The notes under the pieces are model-generated. The model was not told the origin of the DNA. It was given only the letters and a program-made list of their open reading frames with translations, and ran no database searches. From assembly GCA_009103225.1 (NCBI GenBank), contig RHPI01002262.1:675435-739434 (forward strand): a DNA stretch of 64,000 nucleotides, given 5' to 3'. A program made the translations under genes and the position numbers. The DNA comes from Chlorokybus atmophyticus. Its lineage: Eukaryota; Plantae; Mesostigma and Chlorokybus algae. Positions 34,701-47,859 of this stretch are shown piece by piece (position 1 is the first letter of the stretch; every line of letters starts with the position of its first letter).

Positions 34701-35667
34701 GTGCAGCCTCGCCACCTGCTCACGTACCGCTTTGGAGCGCTGCGGGTGCTGCCACGCCCACTCAAACGCCAGCGCATGAGCCTGTCAAGAGCTTATGTTT
34801 GGCGTGCGTATGCGCTTGCATGCAATTGTGCGTGCTTTAAAGAACCAAACTGCACTTTTGTGTGTAATACAAACGTAGTTCAGTGCGCAAGGCAAGCTGT
34901 TCACTCAGTGACAGCTACCAACTGGCATGCAGCTACGTACTGTACACAAGTATGCATAGTCCATAACTTATATTCACATAACAGCAAGAATGTACTCCCA
35001 ACCTGTACCCTTACCTTTGATGGGAAGCCATGCGTGAGAACCGCCATCTCCCAAGGTCGGCGTGCACGCGTGAACCTTGCGCCCATAGTGAGCTCGCCAT
35101 TGTGCTGGCGAATGCGCCGCAATGGGTTCACAGTAAACCTGACATCGACGGCACTGTTGATGATGACAATCTGACGAGGCTGATGCTGGTGCTGGTGCTG
35201 GTGCTGGCGAAGGTGAAGGTAAAGGTGAAGGCGAAGGTGGTGATGATGATGCTGATGATGACGACGATGATGACGAACCTGCATTGGCCAGTCGGCCAGA
35301 CATGCGCAAGCATAGAATGGCTGTATGACAGAATGACAAGCTGCTAAGGCTTGCACGTGTGCACTGCACAATCGAGGGTTTTCACATCTCACCCTATGTA
35401 AGAGTGTCCCTTGAATTTGGGGTTCAAGCAAGCCAGTAGGTAGGTGCAGAAGAACCGCTTGGCGCCATTCTCGCAGTGTGCGCCTTTGAAGACGCTCAAA
35501 GATCTTGCCCCGCTTCCTCTTCCACCCCCTGCTACCCCTCCTTCTCCTCCTCCTCGTCCTGCGCCACTCCTCCCAGGCAGCGCTTGCTCTCGCTCCTGCG
35601 ACACCTGAATGCGGCCGTCTCCCGCCGCAACGCCCTCAACAACCGCCGCTTTGGCCTTGCGGACCAT
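31789..35667 (-). CDS. SLX1: SLX1-like structure-specific GIY-YIG endonuclease with a long low-complexity C-terminus
   Basis: FFCTYLLACLNPKFKGHSYIG|FTVNPLRRIRQHNGELTMGARFTRARRPWEM...GFPSK|AHALAFEWAWQHP. The 3' exons and the stop position are less certain. Confidence 0.88.
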
Positions 35668-36010
35668 GCGTTCAGCTAACCTACCAAACCCTAACCTACC
35701 TCAGGCCACCCTACCGCCACCGCCGCCAACAACGCCGCCGCTGCGCTGACCGTTTGCTTATGCTTTCAAACAGTAAAACATGCTTATACTCGGGGCTAAA
35801 CATTTATGCTGGCTTCGTTGTAAAACTACTCAACTTAAAAGCGTGTTTGTGACACACAAAGCGTCTCCGAGGTACGCAACCAAAACCAGGCCAGCGTAAT
35901 TTAAGTAACTCCAGGCTTCAAGCCAGGCTTTAGCTTTGGCCTGGGCTGCTCTGGCTTCGTTGGTCGGCTTTGGCCTGGCCTGGCAGCCTCGGCCAGGCCT
36001 GCCGCCAGCT

Positions 36011-39000
36011 ATGCCGGGCTTCACGGATTACTTGGCGGAGCTGCGGGCGTACCTAGCGGTAGAGGAGCGGGCGGAGGACGTGAAGCCGGCGCTGGACACC
36101 AATGTCGGCAAGGGGGTGCTGGATGATGACGGCGACAAGGCCGCTGCAGCTGAGAAGAGCAGGTAGGAGCTAAGGTGCACATCGCATTGGGTTGTGGTGA
36201 ATGTCTCATTAAAAGCCATGCACAGCGTGCCAGAAGGATCCGTCATGCGGGCGCAAGTGAGAGCTGGCACCGGCACAGAGACTCCGCCCAAGCATGCTCA
36301 GGTGCTGCGTGCGTAGGACTGCTAATCATGTGAAGGGTATGTTTGACGTGCATGGTTGCACTGCACACATTGACACACAGTGAGCTATTCGTTCGAGCCA
36401 GGGAATGAGGTGGAATAGCTCCGTGTTCGTCGCAGACGATGCTGTTGCGCTTGAGTGGTGCGTAAGCAACAGCATAACAGCTTGTGCAGGACTCAGGACA
36501 ACCATATTGAATTCATGCTGCTTTGCACAGGAACCCTTTCACTTCTGTATTGGCACATGCATGAGCTACGTGCAACAGCTCCGCATGCAGAGCAACATGC
36601 ACTAGATGTTGTAGTTCAGTCGTGGAACAGCTGGCGTCCACAGTGTTGCAACCTGCTGTGCTTTAAGCAGCTTCACTGAAGTGTAACACCCGCTTACAGA
36701 ATCGTTTCACACAAACCCCTGCAATCGGGCTGTGTGCATGCATGACTCAGCATTGCATGCACACAAGCGTGGGTACACGAGAACAGCTCTATGTTCATTG
36801 CAAAGCATGCGAGTCAACTGTTCATTTCCGCCATGGTTGATCAGCTCACAATTTTTAGCATGAGATCGCCATCCCATACCTCACCTGCTGTGGTGCTAAG
36901 AGCATTTGTGGCAATCAAGATCACGTTCTGCACGCAGCATGCACAACGCGCTCGTGGTTGCACAAAATTAGACCTTTCAGCTAACACGACTTGCCATCAA
37001 TACCCTGTTACCGATCCAGGTTGTCATTCACTATACGTGTCGATCAGAAAACGGCGTCATCTTCGACTCAACACGGGCAGAACATGGTGGTACGCACCAC
37101 GTATCATGCATCTTACCATCAAGCTCACTGATGTTTGCGACCGCTGTGTGCGCATGTGCATGTATATGAGCATGTGCGCATGAATTTCATCTCTCACTGG
37201 CGTTGCAGGGAGCGGATACCCCACCAGGTTTGTTTTGGGCAAGGGCCAGCTGGTCCGCGGGCTAGATATCGGTCTCAGCCACATGACCAAGAATGAAGTC
37301 GTGATGGTGATTATGACATCAATTACACGCACATTATGCGTCGTCCATTGTGCACAGCTTTGTGTTTGTTGGTTATGTTGGCAAAGACAACGTGTTGGCT
37401 GCAGTTCAAACTAGCCCCAGAAGTGGCGTACAAAGACCCTTTGACTTTGCTCACCGCACCGAAAGGCACCTCGATTGATGAGCCCTTGTTCTTTGAGCTG
37501 GAGCTCATTGACTTCCACCCTATTAAGGTAAGTCCACATGTTGTCTTATGTCAGTGTGCATTGGTTTACTGATAACATGCACAAGGCTGCACACGCATTG
37601 TACTTGTTGGGATCTCACAAGTGTTGGTGAGTGTTGCTATATTGGTGGTTTCTCTGCAGGTGGTCACTAGGGATGCCTCAGTGGTGAAGAGGGTAAGCAC
37701 CATTCCCACCTATCAGTAGTCTTTCAGGGCGTGGGAGTATACAACAAGAAATATACTCAAGCATGTGTTTACTTTGTTGACTCGTGAAGGTGCTGAAGGA
37801 AGGCGAGGGGTGGGAGACCCCACGCGCGCCGTTCGAGGTGCGGCTGGCGTGCGAGGGGCGCACCCTTGACGGCAGAGCATTCTTCCCCGCGACGCAGGAC
37901 CTTCGCTTCACCATCGCCGATGGCAAGGTGGGCATGCACACGAGTGTTTCGTGAACGTACGCGTGCGTGCCTGCACAAGTCTGACTCACTCAGCAGTGCC
38001 TGCATGATCACAAGCGGTTTTGCTTGGTCAGTGTAGCTGCTACTACTTGCCCAACTTGTAGTTCAGTTACCAGCGCATGCATTATGTGAGCTAACGGCAG
38101 CGACAGCAGTACTGAGCGAGTTCAGTAAGCAACTGTCATCATGTTACCAGCTGCCGCCGGGGTTGGAACAGGCAGTGAGCACGATGCTGCTCGGGGAGCG
38201 CGCGCTCGTGACATGCTGCGGCACGGCCGCGCGGGAATGCATGCTGGACTCACCTCCCGCTCGGGCCGACATTGTCGAGTGGGAGGTCGAACTGCTTGAA
38301 GTAATCCAGGTGAGTGTTTGTTTGTGTATGTGCATCATACTGAAACAAACAGAGATGCATTACCATCATCATCATTGTCATGATCATTGGTGTTTGTGAG
38401 TCAGGTGCGGGACATGACGGGAGATGGCGGTGTCATTAAGAAGCGAGTGAAGGTCGGGCGCACAGTCTTTCCGATCGGCTGTCCGCTGGAAGATTGCACA
38501 GTGTCAGGTGTTTCATCCCACCTGTTACGGATATCTACGATGGATCATACTTAACGCAATCATCTTCAGAAGTGATTTTGCCTTGCAGTGCACTGCGTGG
38601 GTCGCGTCGTTGCCAAAGGCAACAACAATGTTGACAATGCGATGCCTGCCTTTGTGGATACCCGCGCTGAGGGGAAGCCTCTGGAGTTTGAGACTGGCTC
38701 TGGACAGGTGATTGGAACAAAAGGCATGTTTAGGGTGATGATTTCAACAAGAGAGCTCAATGCCTGCTTGACACCTCAAGCCCAGGTGCCGGAGGCGATA
38801 GACATGAGCGTGCGATTGATGACGAAAGGCGAAGTTGCTGTGGTTCGAAGCACCTCCCAATACGCTTACGACACTTTTCAACCAAGGTGCGGCACACAAG
38901 CCGTTTCGCTGTGCATCATCCAGCTTTATTGGATGCCAACACCATCGATGTTGTTGAGACACATGCAGTCAACAGCCTTCAACACCACACCAAATGTCCT

Positions 39001-40131
39001 TCTATTGCCTTCGGTTGCCTTCCAACTCAAGGACATGTTGTTCCAACGTTAGCAACACCAGACAGCACCAGTTTGACTGGAGCACAAGACTCAATACACA
39101 AAGTACCAATACTGTTTGTTGGTTTTACTTCAGGCCATCTTCAGTCCCCGAGGGTGCATCAGTGCAGTGGGAGCTGGAGTTGTTGGACTTTAGTGAGCCC
39201 AGAATGTGGGAAGGCCTATCAGCATCTGAGGTGAGCTAATGTTTGAAGAACTCGTTGAATCAGTTGCCACAATCCTGAACATGCATGCATCCGTGCAGGT
39301 TGCGGCAGATGCGGCAGCAGCCAGGGAGGCCGGCAACCGGCTTTTCAAAGATGGTAACACGAAGCTCGCATTTGCAAAGTATCAAAAGACGCTGAGGAAG
39401 CTGGAGAAGGCAGCGGGAGAGTGGAGCCAGGCGGAAGGCGAGACCATCATTGAACCCCTTAAGGTGTGGTAAAAATTTGTGAGCATTCTTGATGCTTGAA
39501 AGAGGTTGTGCAAATTAAACTCTTCCTGTTCAGACGAGCTTCCTGTTGAATATAGCTGCTTGCCAACTGAAGCAAAAGGAGTACCTTGAGGCAGCCCAGT
39601 CATGCAACAAGGTACACATCGACGTGACGCGAGTCTCTGCAGTATTTATGTACACTGACAACTGGTACATCACAAGTATATCACAGTTAAGCCTTACAGT
39701 TGCGCACACACCTGCATGCATGCACGAGCGCACATATGTGTTGGCTCGTGGTATGTACGCACATACACGCACTTGTACGCACGCATATACAAACCGCGCT
39801 TACTCAGACAGCTCGTTTGGAATGTACTGCTGGATAGTCACCTTGCATGCACCTGACATGGCAGTGCGCATAGTTCACGCCAACGTGTCATCTTTGGCAG
39901 GTACTGGAGCTGCAGCCGGGCTCGGCAAAGGCACTCTACCGGCGTGGGCAGGCGCTGGCGGCGTTGGGTGAGTTTGATGCGGCGCGTGCGGATTACGAAG
40001 CCATGGCTGAGATGGATGACGGCGCCCACGAGGTGGACTCCCGTGCTGCTCTTGCGCAGCTCGCCGTGAAGGTGCGGGAGTATGAAGAGCGGAGTAAGAA
40101 GACGTTTGCTGGGATGTTTGGCAATCGATAG
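36011..40131 (+). CDS. PAS1: Multi-FKBP + TPR peptidyl-prolyl isomerase (PASTICCINO1/FKBP72-like)
   Basis: Exons PLFFELELIDF, QVRDMTGDGGVIKKR, CPLEDC, PLEFETGSGQ|VPEAIDMSVRLM, PEGASVQWELELLDF, GNRLFKDG..AKYQK, LNIAACQLK and KALYRRGQA; ends FAGMFGNR*. Confidence 0.88.
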
Positions 40132-41956
40132 CGCACATGTGAAATAGCATAGCTTTGTGGTAAGATTTGAAGGAATGCGGCAGTGATTGTGGTGCGGTTT
40201 TGTATTTGTGCAATTGTTGGTTTACATCAAATGCAGGACATGCATGCGCATGCACTATGTGTAGTCCAGTCAGCACGCAGCAACACATGCAAGGTGTCGT
40301 ACAAATGACATTTAGTTGACCACCGGGCTACTACTAGCACGCTAATCTACTGCCTCTACCCCGTTAGACATGCAGCAGTCAATATTTGTTTGCATGCCTA
40401 ATCGTAGGAGCTGTACAATTGCACTCATTGCTCATTACAACCGGCATTAGCGACTGACACACACTCTGTGGTTGCTTTCTTCAATCAAGCAATATGTATG
40501 GCCCAAACCAGCAATACACACAAACCAAATCGGTGTGTAGGCAACTCGGTGAGCCCAAGCTAACTTGCATATCGCGCACGTGTTGCTTGCGTACTGACTA
40601 AATGACAGTGTCAGTTGACGCTGGCAATAAAGTGCAGGACATACTCATTGCAGCATACCCCTTTTGTGTCTATTAAACTAATCCAACGCATAAGACCAAG
40701 TTACGTTTTGTGCATTCCAGCATAGACACATCCATCAATGCATCAATGCAAACACATAGCGGCTGTTACTGACGCATCATTATAATGCAGTCGATGTTTG
40801 CCAAATGGCATTGACTACCCCACACTATGGCATCGCTAACATGCAGGGTAGCGCTAGTGGCATTAATTGGTGCACACCAACAATCGCATGTCTTAAACAC
40901 ATAACCAACCGTAGAGTTGCAGTCAATCAAGCTCCAAGGTTCGCAAGGGGCCACAGTAGACAAGCAAGCAGTGTGCCACTCAACAGTACACACATTCTAG
41001 GGTCAATGAGGCAATAGGGTTTACGAGTACACACACAGCCTCACCGCGCATTGCCCATGACAAGCACGCTCAGCTAGCATGCACCCAACCTAGAGCAACT
41101 TTTCCCATGGCCGCCAACATGCCACACTCACAATAGCACCAGCAAGCAAAGTGTGTGGGGGCCAAGGCAGATTAACTTAGCTACTAGCAATAAGGACTGC
41201 TATGACCGCTAGGACTGCTAGGACTACTAGGACAACCCTCAAGCAGCAGCAGGGCGCAGTGGAAACCAACAGCAAGGTGAAGGACAACCTGCAGAGCGCA
41301 GGGGGAGAGAGCAGAGGTAGAGGTTTGGGCCTGCGCCTGGTTGGTAGCGGCATGCACGACGACGACGCTGGTGACATCGACGCTGGTGACAACCGCTAGT
41401 CCCCCCGCTCCCCAACGGAAAAGACTCGGATAAGTGCTGTTGATAAGAACTGACTCACTCAACACTTACGATAAGTACTAAATGAGTCATCCTGGCCAGG
41501 GAGCGATAGATATAATTGCCGGTAAGCATCAGATAAAACTGAGTTGTTCAGTCTCAGTAAACGTAGTTAACTCAAAGCAAGTGTTTGGTACCTGCTGCAG
41601 AGCATGCGCAGGTTGTCACAAGCAAGAAAGAAAAGACACATTCACATACTAGGCATAAGACACGAGGCAGTCAGCAGCAGCCACAACAAGCACGAAGATT
41701 CAATGCTGCTGTGAAGAACCGACACAAATGGCAGTGGCCCACTGTCGGCCTTGACTGAATGGCAAGCACTTGCAAAAGTACCTAGCAGAGCTGCTTGCAC
41801 ACAGCAGACATTGCCTGAGCAACAAGCTCAGAGCACAAAAACACCTCAGGGGCGTCGATGCCAAGCGGCTGAGCTCCTGGCGATCTCTGCAGCAAGTTCA
41901 GAAGCTGCGCTGCTTGCAGCAAGCACCATGTCCGCGGCAAGCAGGCAGCGCCTGAT

Positions 41957-42112
41957 TGCTTGCGTCAAGCCGCTCAGCCTAGCGGCTTGACGCAAGCAGG
42001 CAGTCAGCTGCGCCCTTCACCCAACCGCACCGCCGCGGTTGCGTCAAGCCGCTAGGCTGAGCGGCTTGACGCAAGCAGGCAGTCAGCTGCGCCCTTCACC
42101 CAACCGCACCGC
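41957..42112. repeat. Tandem pair of hairpin units (79-bp period) whose loops are inverted relative to each other
   Basis: TTGCGTCAAGCCGCT-CAGCCT-AGCGGCTTGACGCAA is followed by TTGCGTCAAGCCGCT-AGGCTG-AGCGGCTTGACGCAA, with identical downstream sequence. Confidence 0.9.
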
Positions 42113-43308
42113 CCGTCCGCCCGCCCGCCCGCCCGCATACGCCCCGCCCGCATAGCAGCCAACCTTTGCCGGCTCTGGCGGGGCGGGGCGGGAAACTACA
42201 AGGTGTAGCTTATTACAAAAGGCTTGGTTACTAGTAACCTACAATTTGTATGTCGGACTGGCTGAGCATTGGCACCTAATTGTCTCTCTCAACCAACACG
42301 TTACCATGCCGTGGCGGCAGTGCCACGGTGGCACCATTCTCGGTAAGGCTCTTGCTCTTATCTCAAGCACATTATGTGCTGGCTTGTTGCCTTGAAGCGA
42401 ACAATCCTTGATGGGCAATGTTTGACAGCCTGCAGCTCTTAAGTTCAGCTTGAAGGCGGTGCATTCCCAGACTCTACAACATGCAACGCCTGCTGGCTAA
42501 CCAAGACATGCTAAGTAGACTTGGCATTTATATATGCCTTGCAGCTTCAGGTAGGCAGTCCCTCATTCTCACTCATTTGAATGGCAACACGGTTGAATGG
42601 CTAACGCTAGGTAGTGGCATGGATGTTACGCCTGTTTGCCTACCAACCCTTGCAACCTACCCAGCGACTGGTAAAGTGTGCGTGTAATTTGTGTACCAAA
42701 CTTACAACTAACGCAATGCCATGTGCACAGCTGCAAGAGGGATCCCGTCGTCGCAAGTAGCACCATGCAAACCAAAGCGCCACTATTGCTAGCCAGCAAC
42801 CATGGTCTACTTTCTACTTGTGTGCTTAACTAGTTTTCGCTGGTCAAGTCTGCAGATTTGAGTTTATTGTTGTAGCCAGTCTGCTGCTCAAATTCCGGGC
42901 TGCTGGTCTTTGTTACTCTGTTGGCTTGCTGGTCAGCGAGATCCTGGCTGCTTTAAACCAGCCAGGTCAAGACCATTAGATCTGGTGGTCTGGTCCGCTG
43001 CTTTGCCAGTATAATGTTGTTAAGCTCTGATCTATTTGCAACTCTACAAAGCGAGCTGGACCCAAAGTCTGGCTAGAGTAATTGTTGAGTCTGCAGTCTA
43101 GTGCTGTTCTGTATGGGTCTGCCGATTGCGACTTTATAGAGTAGAGTAGAAGTTTGAGTGGTTGTTGTTGTTATGCTTGTTGTTGAGCTGCCCGCTTTTT
43201 TAATAGACTTGTAACTAGTAAAATGTGCTTGTTCATTATGCTGGTATCTCACTGTTCACAATGGAATCATTCACAATCAATAACACGAGCATGTTTAGTT
43301 ATTGCCAA

Positions 43309-43680
43309 TGCTGGCTCATGTCAACATCATATTTCATTAGCGCCAGTGCCAGCACTGGCACACGACCTGCTGTGCCAATGCTGGCACGGGTCTATGCATT
43401 TTTTTTTCTTGTTGTTTATTAGGGGACCACTGCTGGCGCAATTCAGCTGTGCCAGCATTGAGCGTAAATGCTGCTTGCCAGTTCTGGCACGCAACCGCTT
43501 GTGCCAGCGACTAATATGAATTAGCGACGGATGCTGGCACAAGCGGTTTTGTGCCAGTTTTAGATGGTTTTGGGTTTAGACCCGAAAAGCTTTGTGCCAG
43601 TACTGGCACAAACGGTTTGTGCCAGTACTGGCACGGGCTGCAGGCGCCATGTGAGTTAACATATATACATGAGCAGCACA
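43309..43680. mobile_element. Foldback/MITE-like element rich in GTGCCAG/CTGGCAC motifs
   Basis: The ends TGCTGGCTCATGT... and ...ACATGAGCAGCA are imperfect inverted repeats. GTGCCAG(T/C)ACTGGCAC palindromes recur on both sides, and the centre is GCTTGTGCCAGC...GCTGGCACAAGC. Confidence 0.55.
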
Positions 43681-44163
43681 AAATGCAACGTGATTGGCAT
43701 ACCATGGCATGCAAGGCTCGTGTGTGATAGAATGATGTTTTGAGGTGTTAGGGACACTGGCTTGCCAAGGACACTAGCTTACAAGTCGCAACATTCAAGG
43801 CTCGTGTGTAATAGAATGATGTTTTAAGGTGTCAAACTAGCGGTGCGGGTGATTGGGCGGGATTGGGCCGGCCGGGAGGACGGCATTAGGGCACAAAGAC
43901 ACATCACGCGCACTGAGGGCCATCACACACAGCACCCGAGACTACATGCCTGCCGCGCGCATACCGAGCAGCCCGTCTGCCTCTCATTGGCTATGCGACG
44001 TGTATCAGCTATCGGCCATTCGATTTCCGTTAAACAAATCTCAACCTTCCAAAGCACATCCCCATATCGTGCAATTGCATAAAGTATATGCGAATGAATA
44101 AAAGAATCCATTCATTTTTAGCACAACATGCACGGTGCACATATGCGTCATGTGTGCGTTGTA

Positions 44164-44628
44164 CAGTCCACCCCCGCTAAAAGGCTTTGCTCCACAAGAA
44201 TAACCCCGCTTGTAGCATACGTTTTTAGATCACCAACGATGCTAAAGGCAAATTTAGTGCCTAAGAGAATATGACTAACCGCGAAGAGCATACGATTTTT
44301 CATGACATTTTTGCAAATGTAAGTGTGCATATTCTTATCATTGAGGGGATATCGCGTGACGGGTTTGTCATCAGGCGTAATGAGTGTGGTGGACAAGGCG
44401 TGATGGGTATAGTGCAACGCGTAACCAGCGTAATGAGCGTGATGGCATAATACACGTGACGTAATGCGCGTGATGTAATGGGCGTGATGGGCGTATTAAA
44501 CTGCTTGATAGCATACGGTTGCTCTTAATGTTTAAGAGCATATTTTGCTATTTATCGCCAAGAGCATAACCCGGCTAGGAGCAAACTATCTTTGAAAACA
44601 CACAGTGTGCTCTTTAGGGGGTAGACTG
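44164..44628. mobile_element. Tc1/mariner (pogo-like) MITE X
   Basis: TA|CAGTCCACCCCC ... GGGGGTAGACTG|TA. Confidence 0.7.
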
Positions 44629-44678
44629 TACAGTAAATGTTTTAATGTAATTTGGTACAATTATGTACCTTAACTGTA

Positions 44679-45146
44679 CAGTCTACCCCCGCTATAAAAA
44701 TCACGTGTATCCTTCAGCTTTCACTCCATCAACGGGGTTATTCTATTGGCGTTTACAATAATATATATACTTTTTTACTCTTTACAACATACATATTTTA
44801 CTAACAGGGGCATTGCGAAATAACCGTAAGCTACGTTATTATATTTTAACGTGGCATAACTTAAATTAATAATAGTCAACAATAAATCGATTATTAACGG
44901 AATTATATATGAGTCTTGTAATATGTTTATGCTTATAATATTAAAATAAACATGCCATTCACGAGGTATTCTTGCGTAACAAGACTGAGCTCACTCAAAA
45001 TTTTAACCCTCCGTTGTCATCTTATTGCGTACAAAACTATTCCACTAACCAATGAAGTTTGCCTGTAAAACCATTGGTCTTTTGTAATTCTATGATCTCA
45101 ACGGGGTTATTCTCATAAACCAAAATCGTTAAACGGGGGTAGACTC
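44679..45146. mobile_element. Tc1/mariner (pogo-like) MITE Y, same TIR type with a different AT-rich interior
   Basis: TA|CAGTCTACCCCCG ... CGGGGGTAGACTC|TA, with internal CAACGGGGTTATTCT repeats near both ends. Confidence 0.7.
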
Positions 45147-45429
45147 TATAGTGTACCCTTTTGTAAGAGCATACTGTTATCCTCAAAAATCGTATGCTCT
45201 TGGCAGGGTTATGCTCTTGGCGATTAAGAGCATAATATGCTCTTGAACGTTAAGAGCATATATATGCTGTAAGCGCAGATTTATTACGCCCATCACGCCT
45301 ATTGGTCGGGTTGGCCGGCCTGTTGGCATTCAACCTACATCACACATCCCGCGCTAGGGCCATCACACGGCACCCGCGACTGCCGGGCTGCGCGGTGCGG
45401 CCCGCCTGCCCACGATTGTGCGGAAACAA

Positions 45430-46520
45430 CATGGGAAACAGAGCAGACTCAACAGTTAAACCAGGAATATTGTACACACCACCTGTATCCATGTGTATCA
45501 AAAGAGGAACACAAGGCTCACGCAGCGACATATGTCCAACGCGCAACATGGTGTCCACTGTGACTTCAACTGTGCTGCGCGAAGGAAATGGCAACAAAGT
45601 GGTTAAAACGTATGTGTATGCTGATTCACAAGCAATGTTCAAAGGATTACGATCCTGTGCACGAGACACAATGCTACGAATAGTAGATGAACCGACAGTG
45701 GGGATGCCGTCAGAACCAAATGGTTGTTCTGCCAAGGTCTGATATTTCTGAACCAGAGTGTTGGACAATAATAGCTCGCTCAACAACTCCAGCAACAAGA
45801 TGGCATGTTGGTTCTGATGTGTAAACTCATCCCAAGTGATAAACGGACCGTTAATCATATTCAACTGCTGAATTTGGCCCGAAGTGAAACTGTATGAGTT
45901 ATATAAGTCGCAAAGCGCCATGGACGTGTTAACAAGGGACAACATCTGCACTACCATTGGATGTATCTCCAACAACTTGCGAATGTACACTGCGCTGTGT
46001 AATACAATGTAACTAGAACGCTCCGACCCGTGACTACATCGATGGCATTGGTAGTAATCACTATCACACTTGGTATAATCGGACATAAAAACATTAGCCA
46101 AATCATATGGTGCAACGGTGGATACTGATCGTCGATACATTGGACGATAAGTAGCAGCAGCAGNAGACGATAAGTAGCAGCAGCAGAGTAAAACTGTACA
46201 TGCCCGCACAAAGAACAACATTGCATTCGCGTGACAAACTTACGTTGTGCATCTTGCCAACAGGAAAGCAAATCATCGCAGTCGTCCCACAATTCGCAAT
46301 GCTGAGACAAATCGCAATGTTGCTCATAAGTCATAGCGGATGACGAAACAACACACCAGGAACATATCAACCGCCCTGGCATTTGTCGCCATCCAAAAGA
46401 ACCATCTCGGCACAGTCCAGCAATGAGGGCGTGCAAAGGTGCAAAACCACATGCACAATATCTCCGATGTGTAGTAAAATTCTGCGATATGATTACATAT
46501 GCGGCGATATGGTGCAACAT
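45430..46520 (-). mobile_element. Helitron RepHel N-terminal fragment, truncated
   Basis: ORFs 45951-46520 and 45340-46221 join if the 21-bp duplication around the N at 46164 is removed. The product has CxxC fingers and VESALFPMLFPHNRG, similar to the E..(A/L)FP.LFP.G.G motif that precedes the Helitron Rep domain. Confidence 0.6.
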
Positions 46521-46570
46521 GGTGCCATATGATTACATATGCGGCGATATGGCGCAACATGGTGCCATGT
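46487..46570. repeat. 40-bp tandem repeat, two copies plus a partial one
   Basis: ATATGATTACATATGCGGCGATATGG(T/C)GCAACATGGTGCC at 46487 and 46527. Confidence 0.85.
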
Positions 46571-47822
46571 GATTAGCAAACGCTGTTAAGTGTTTCAAAA
46601 CTTTATAATCAACGTAACGTTCACGCCACGGTACGTGCTGCGATTTTTAGTAAATAATGCCGAGGTTACGACCAGCAAAATAATGCTAACCTGAATTACC
46701 TTAACGTTAAGATTCAAGTAAACGAAAAATCGCATCGTTAGGCCACCATTTGGTCACGCATGAGATTGATCAAATGGGATCGCAACGGTGACAACAGCCA
46801 GTTGCTCAACAAGGCAGCAAAATGGCCAATCATTGCAAAGATGCGTAAAAGATGCTGAAAAATATCTCAGCGGCAACCACTTACCAACGGCGACCCAAAA
46901 TTGCTAGGGATTTGGTGCAATTGCGGCACAGTTACTGGTTAAAACGGCCGCGTTTTTGGCGGTACGAGGTCGGGGCATGCCCCATACCCCAAAGACATGC
47001 CGCCACTACTCACCCTCGTTCTAACTAATCCACTCTACCCTTTAACGCTAATTGATTACACGCTATAGTTACTGCGTCATCAAACATGGTCAACAGCCGA
47101 AACATTGGCCTGGCAGGGACACTGGCCTAGAAGTCACAACAATGAAGCTCAGCTAGTAGTATCAATTGCGCATGATGCACACAACAACGACATGCAATGT
47201 ATTGTTCAAGATAATAGTAAAATGATTAAACTGGTATACTCCGATTATCATAAAGTAACATAATATAAATAAAAACAATATCATAATGATAGTAAAATAA
47301 TTAATGAACAATGCAATAATAAAGAATTATAAAGCATAACAGTGCAAAATAACACAATCTTGTTATAAAGAGTATTGGTAATAGTTAACAACAATAGCAT
47401 AAACATAAAAATAAATTCATTTACTCATAAACTTAAAATTATTATATTAAAAAATATATAAATAAGCCTTGTACATTTTACATACATATAACATGAATAA
47501 TATATTTATTACGCTCAAATTAATAAAAGCAACAAAAAATAAACATTGATAGTTCAAAAATCATCATAATAAGAGTAACAATAATATAGTTAACATTAAT
47601 TAATCTCAACCCTAGTACAGGGGCCTTTCACTCGGACTTTCTTTTTAGTGCGTTTTGCTCAGCAGAAATTCTCCTCGTGGACAGCCTTGCAAAGCATCAT
47701 GCACCATAGTGCATGCATGTACATGTACGCTTAAACCACATTATTGTTCGTACGTGGCATTGTTCATGACTTGGCATTGTTCGTACTTGCTTGGCATTGT
47801 TCATACTGGACAGTGCGACGCG

Positions 47823-47859
47823 CCCAATCAAAGCTAGCGCTAGGGTTTTGGCGCCAAAA
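47823..47859 (+). promoter_or_regulatory. Probable gamma-tubulin promoter: CCAAT box, telo-box and palindromic E2F-type site
   Basis: CCAAT at about 47823, TAGGGTTT at 47841-47848 and the perfect palindrome TTTTGGCGCCAAAA at 47846-47859. Confidence 0.55.

Noticed and set aside
35170-35290. Ser/Pro- or His/Gln-rich coding insert in SLX1
   Set aside because: It lies inside the intron that splits the YIG-FT motif, and inclusion would break the frame.
41201-41399. 65-aa plus-strand ORF with a 9-bp repeat (GGACTGCTA)
   Set aside because: It is short and low-complexity, with no supporting exons or motif.
46144-46190. 21-bp tandem duplication in the Helitron ORF
   Set aside because: It straddles the N at 46164, typical of an unmerged contig overlap.
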